In this document: positions 60,000 to 64,000 of the stretch, one piece after another | Position numbering within the stretch: position 1 is the first letter of the stretch | Layout: every line of letters begins with the position of its first letter | Source: Hypanus sabinus | Lineage: Eukaryota | Direction: 5' to 3' | Assembly: GCF_030144855.1 (NCBI RefSeq) | Contig: NW_026780939.1 | Coordinates: forward strand, 496,001 to 560,000 | DNA: 64,000 nt | The notes under the pieces: model-generated | What the model was told of the DNA's origin: nothing | Databases searched by the model: none | The model's input: the letters and a program-made list of their open reading frames with translations, nothing else | Made by a program: the position numbers and the translations under genes

Positions 60000-61110
60000 C
60001 AATGAAATTTTGTAACTGTGACAACATCGACAGCTTCAATATAAAGAGACCACAGTGCAACTGGGAGTTGGACTTCCTGTCGAACTCCCCAGACACTCAG
60101 GATGCACAACTGCCCCTCCCTCCCCATCGTCCTCAGCTCGGGCATCTCCCACGGCGGTTGCAGCGCCCATTGCTGTACATTCTGCCCACACTTGAGCGCA
60201 CGTCCGAACACCCGGACGATCAGGTGGACAAGTTCACCGATGTCACCGAGGGACTGCACGAGGCGTGGTGGAGGATGTGGTGGACATCGAAACATGGCGC
60301 CAGAGAAATAACAACGTCAACAGGAAAACGGAGATATGTTATCGAATTTAGAAGAACTAGCAGCATTCGCACACCTTAACACCAATGGCACAACAGTCCA
60401 AACAGTGAGCAATAAATAAAATTGCAGACTATTTTCTAAATGGAGAGGATATGCCAAAAACTGAGGCGCAAAGGGCATTGTTGAGAGTTCATTAAAGTTT
60501 CATTTGGGTGCATTCCGTGCTGAGGGAGGCACAAACGATGATAGCATTTATTTCAAGAGTACAAGAACGTAAATGGCAGGATATAATGTTTCGGCTTCGT
60601 GAAGCGCTGGTGAGACCTCATGTGGAGTATCGTGTGTAGTTGTCGGTACCTTGTTTTGCAAAAAAAGGCCCGCAGGAACTGGAGAGGTTTCAAAGGAGTT
60701 TCAGGAAAATGATCCCAAAAATAAAAGGTTTGTCATTTAAAGAGGTTTTGATGACTTTGGGCTTGAATTCACAGAAAATCAAATGAATGAGTAATAATCC
60801 GATTGAAAACAACCCAATGGCAAAACGCCTTGAGAGAGTGAACGTGGAGAGGATGTTTCCAAAGGTGCGACAATCTCAGACCAAGAGACACAGCGTCAAA
60901 GTAGAAGGGCACCCTTTTTGATGGGAGGTGAGAAGGAATTTCTTCAGAGAGAGAGTGGCGAATCTTTTGATTTATTTCAGGCAGCTGTTGATAGATTCTT
61001 GCTTTGGTCGTGACTGGATCAGAGGAGAAAGCGGGAGATTGGGGCTGAAAAGGAAAATTCGGATCAACCTTGATGAAATGGCGGAATAGGCTCGCTGGAC
61101 CAAATAGGTG
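60000..61110 (+). mobile_element. Decayed Rex1-like RT fragment (~60000-60330) followed by a decayed CR1 3' end (~60420-61110)
   Basis: PLLYILPTL..TSEHPDDQVDKFTDVT; EALVRPHVEYRV. Confidence 0.6.
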
Positions 61111-61675
61111 AATTCTGCTCAGANNNNNNNNNNNNNNNNNNNNNNNNNNNNNNNNNNNNNNNNNNNNNNNNNNNNNNNNNNNNNNNNNNNNNNNNNNNNN
61201 NNNNNNNNNNNNNNNNNNNNNNNNNNNNNNNNNNNNNNNNNNNNNNNNNNNNNNNNNNNNNNNNNNNNNNNNNNNNNNNNNNNNNNNNNNNNNNNNNNNN
61301 NNNNNNNNNNNNNNNNNNNNNNNNNNNNNNNNNNNNNNNNNNNNNNNNNNNNNNNNNNNCTAACTATTATAATAAACTAACTCAATCAATGAATAGGCAG
61401 GAATTGTTCAATCTCTGAAATTTAGTCCATCAGTCCCTACAGTTATGGGACCAACTGTTGACACCAACTGTAGAAAGTTGACACCACCGACGGAGGAGTG
61501 CCTTAAACTGGATTTTGCTTTGTCCTGCGAGCGTTTCATGCAAATTAACTTTAGATGGACGTGCATGTGAGGGGAGACCGATAGAAAAATTGTATTTGGA
61601 GACGAGTTCGATGTACGCAGAGGAAGCGGGTGGCAAAGGACTTCAATGGGCTGACTGTTCTCCGATTCACTGGCA

Positions 61676-61714
61676 GGTTTTTGTCTGAGGCGGCCGTAGA
61701 CGTGCACCGCTGTG
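61676..61714 (-). other. 23-RSS of V18
   Basis: CACAGCG-23nt-ACAAAAACC. Confidence 0.95.
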
Positions 61715-62011
61715 CGAGACTCGCTGCGCAGAAGTAGGTCGCCGAGTCCGTCTCCTCGCAACTGCTGAGCTGCAGAGTGAAGCGGTTCTGTGCAGCTTCG
61801 AGTTTGGTGGCGAACCGCAGTTTAAAGGGTTCGTCGCATGAGCCGTGCTCGTTGCAGACCCACTCCAGACTCGTACCGACTTGCCGGTACCAGAACATGG
61901 TGTAGCTGACCATGCTGCCTCCCTCCAAACTGCAGTGAAAACTGAACTGCTCTCCAGGCCGAATGGAGGCCGCGTTAGTGATCTGGACCACTGTTGGTGC
62001 AGCCGACAGAC
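61715..62011 (-). CDS. V18: intact V exon of a third, divergent family with three extra cysteines
   Basis: LSAAPTVVQITNAASIRPGEQFSFHCSLEGGSMVSYTMFWYRQVGTSLEWVCNEHGSCDEPFKLRF...FTLQLSSCEETDSATYFCAASL. Confidence 0.92.
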
Positions 62012-62159
62012 CTGGAGTGACATGCAAGAGAAAGGATTTCATGGTCAAGTGGACGACAATGGCATAATGTTCCGCGATTTTAAATATGATCTGGGACCGC
62101 CCTGGAATCGGACGGTTCGACCAGGTGTGAGAAAATAATATATCAAACAAAAAACTCAC

Positions 62160-62223
62160 AATTGTGCAAGAGTGTCAGGGATAAAGCCAGACAGACAAGA
62201 GGCACGTCTGGAAGTAAACACAT
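62160..62223 (-). CDS. Leader exon of V18 (MCLLPDVPLVCLALSLTLLHN)
   Basis: 21 codons + 1 nt, then GTGAGT; 148-nt intron; in frame with the V exon. Confidence 0.85.
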
Positions 62224-64000
62224 CGCGATTCTGCAGCGCTGTTCGATAGCAAATGCCCTGTTCGCTTCCTCCCTGAGCTCTCTCGTCGAAGGTGCTCCCG
62301 GATATGACGTCGAGACTTTCCGTACCACAATTGCCAATCGATCTCCTGCTTACGACATCATTGTCTGATCGTCTACTCCGGAAGGAAATGGCAACTGCCC
62401 GGAGTCATGTTCCAGGCGGAGACCATGCAGCCCCTCGGTTCCGTTCCTCTCAGCACGCCAGCTCTACTACCGAAGCCCGTCGTGTCAGCCTGAGGTTGGC
62501 GCGTTTTTCGCAAAACCTTCCCTTTCCATGTACCTGCCCAGATGTCATTCCGACGCTGGTAATTTTGTGTGCACATCCCACCGACTGTATTACTCTTTGT
62601 AATAACCCATCATTTTAAAGCCCCTGGAACACCATTCACCTTCAACCCAGATCTACGACTTATAGATTTATGGACATGGGTTTTGCATGTTACCTTTACG
62701 TGGAACCCATTAAGTTGTTCTTTCTTGATAAGTGTGCAATATTATATCCTGACCGATATGAAAATGTACCACGGTATAATGGTGAATGAAGGAATCAACC
62801 AATCAATCACGTCGTCACGCGAATTTCCGTTAAGAATTTGTGCGGCAGAGGGCGCTGTTGGAACACGGAATTAGTTAGAGGTTGCACCCGGAGACGGGAA
62901 ATGCAATTCATTCTGCCCATCGAAACGTAATAATATCAGTTCAAATGAGGGAAACATGAAGCCTACCTCGTCACATTCTCCGTATATCTGCCCGTCTATC
63001 ATGTACCTTACCTCCGTCAGTAGACTTTCTGAATGCCTCACTCAGTCTGGTAATGCTCCCCTTTCACCATTCTCCTTTCTCATTTCCCTCTCACGATCCC
63101 TCCTTTCACCTCCCTCTGGTTCTCCTCCCACTTTTCTTACTTCTGTCCTCACCTATCAGACTCCCCATTGTCCAACCCTGTATATCCTTCACCAATCAAT
63201 TTCCTAACTTTTAATTTCACACAAGGCTTTTACGAGATGGGATTGCTATAACTGTGCCGAATACACCCCCTTTCACAAACTACTGTCTATGGGCGGAGTT
63301 TAATTCCATCGATCAATGAGAGCTTGGGCGTAACTACTTGTCGATGCGGCGCAGTATGACCCGTCAATCATCGAGAGGGGGCGTGGATACTGACTCCTGG
63401 TGTCTAATCGGCTGGGCAATGTAAACTGTTTGAAAGCCCGTTCCCCTCCTTGATACTCTCAATAACAAGAGTGAAACGTCGACATAGTCATGTTTCTCTT
63501 ACTGGTGATGATAACGTTATTTCATGGTGAGTGTTTCATGAAACGGGCCTGTTTTGTTTCAGCTTTTTATGCACTTTTTATTTCTCACAGTCACTCACTA
63601 ACGCACTGGCTTTCCGTCCTCACGTTTTTATGTGTTCTCTCGCCAAACTTCTTCTCCCTTCTCTCATCGCCTTTATCTGACCTTATCTCTATTCCGTGAG
63701 CACTCATCGTTTGTAATTGCATAACTTCACTCAGCTCTACAACTTTTTTTTTTACTTTTTTTCCACCTTTAACCCTTCCTCTGATATTCTCCTGTCCGTC
63801 TCCATTTACTTCCACCTATTCATTTATCTTTTAGTGCGCCTACGTAGTGGTTTATGTTTTAAATATCATTAACTATCTAAGTGTATGTTTGCCTATCTTC
63901 TTATCTAAGTTCTCGCCAATTCATTTATCTACCTATTAAACCAGAACGCTCTGGGGATCGATGTATGTATGTATGTAAGTATCTGTATCTATCTGTTCGT

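Noticed and set aside
61715-62223. V18 as a NAR-TCR supporting V or an Ig-type V
   Set aside because: It has its own leader exon, and no upstream VNAR-D-J cassette is visible; it ends in CAAS with a 23-RSS.
1-64000. D, J or C segments (12-RSS, GGGACAGGGGGC D core, FGxG motif)
   Set aside because: Every nonamer-heptamer pair I found has a 21-23 nt spacer and sits 3' of a V; I saw no 12-RSS, FGxG-donor unit or C1-set exon by eye.

Overview
Eukaryotic (vertebrate) genomic DNA with many N gaps. The window is a variable-segment array of an antigen-receptor locus from a cartilaginous fish, probably a batoid/stingray-type genome (inferred from its CR1, Tc1 and Penelope-like repeats). The segments look like T-cell receptor beta V genes: most end in SAVYFCAW(S/G/R) and resemble human TRBV30 throughout (QTIHQ..P, CTVEG, LYWYRQ..G.G.Q.LFYS, A.RP....F.LSS). 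All carry a 3' 23-spacer RSS, and most have a CRE-like TGACGT promoter element. I count 18 V segments or relics (V1-V18, numbered by position). Five look fully functional (V9, V11, V15, V16, V18), two are intact ORFs with a broken RSS heptamer (V7, V13), and the rest are pseudogenes or relics. Three V segments are on + and 15 on -. No D, J or C segment was found. The rest is retroelement debris, Tc1 remnants, microsatellites and 1-1.5 kb local segmental duplications. The most striking unexplained structure is regulatory. Five V segments from different families have a CTCF-type motif 39-42 bp 3' of the RSS nonamer, while four others instead have an ETS/CCAAT/GC-box module at that position. One intact V (V18) has three non-canonical cysteines. 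All calls were made by eye; repeat boundaries are approximate.
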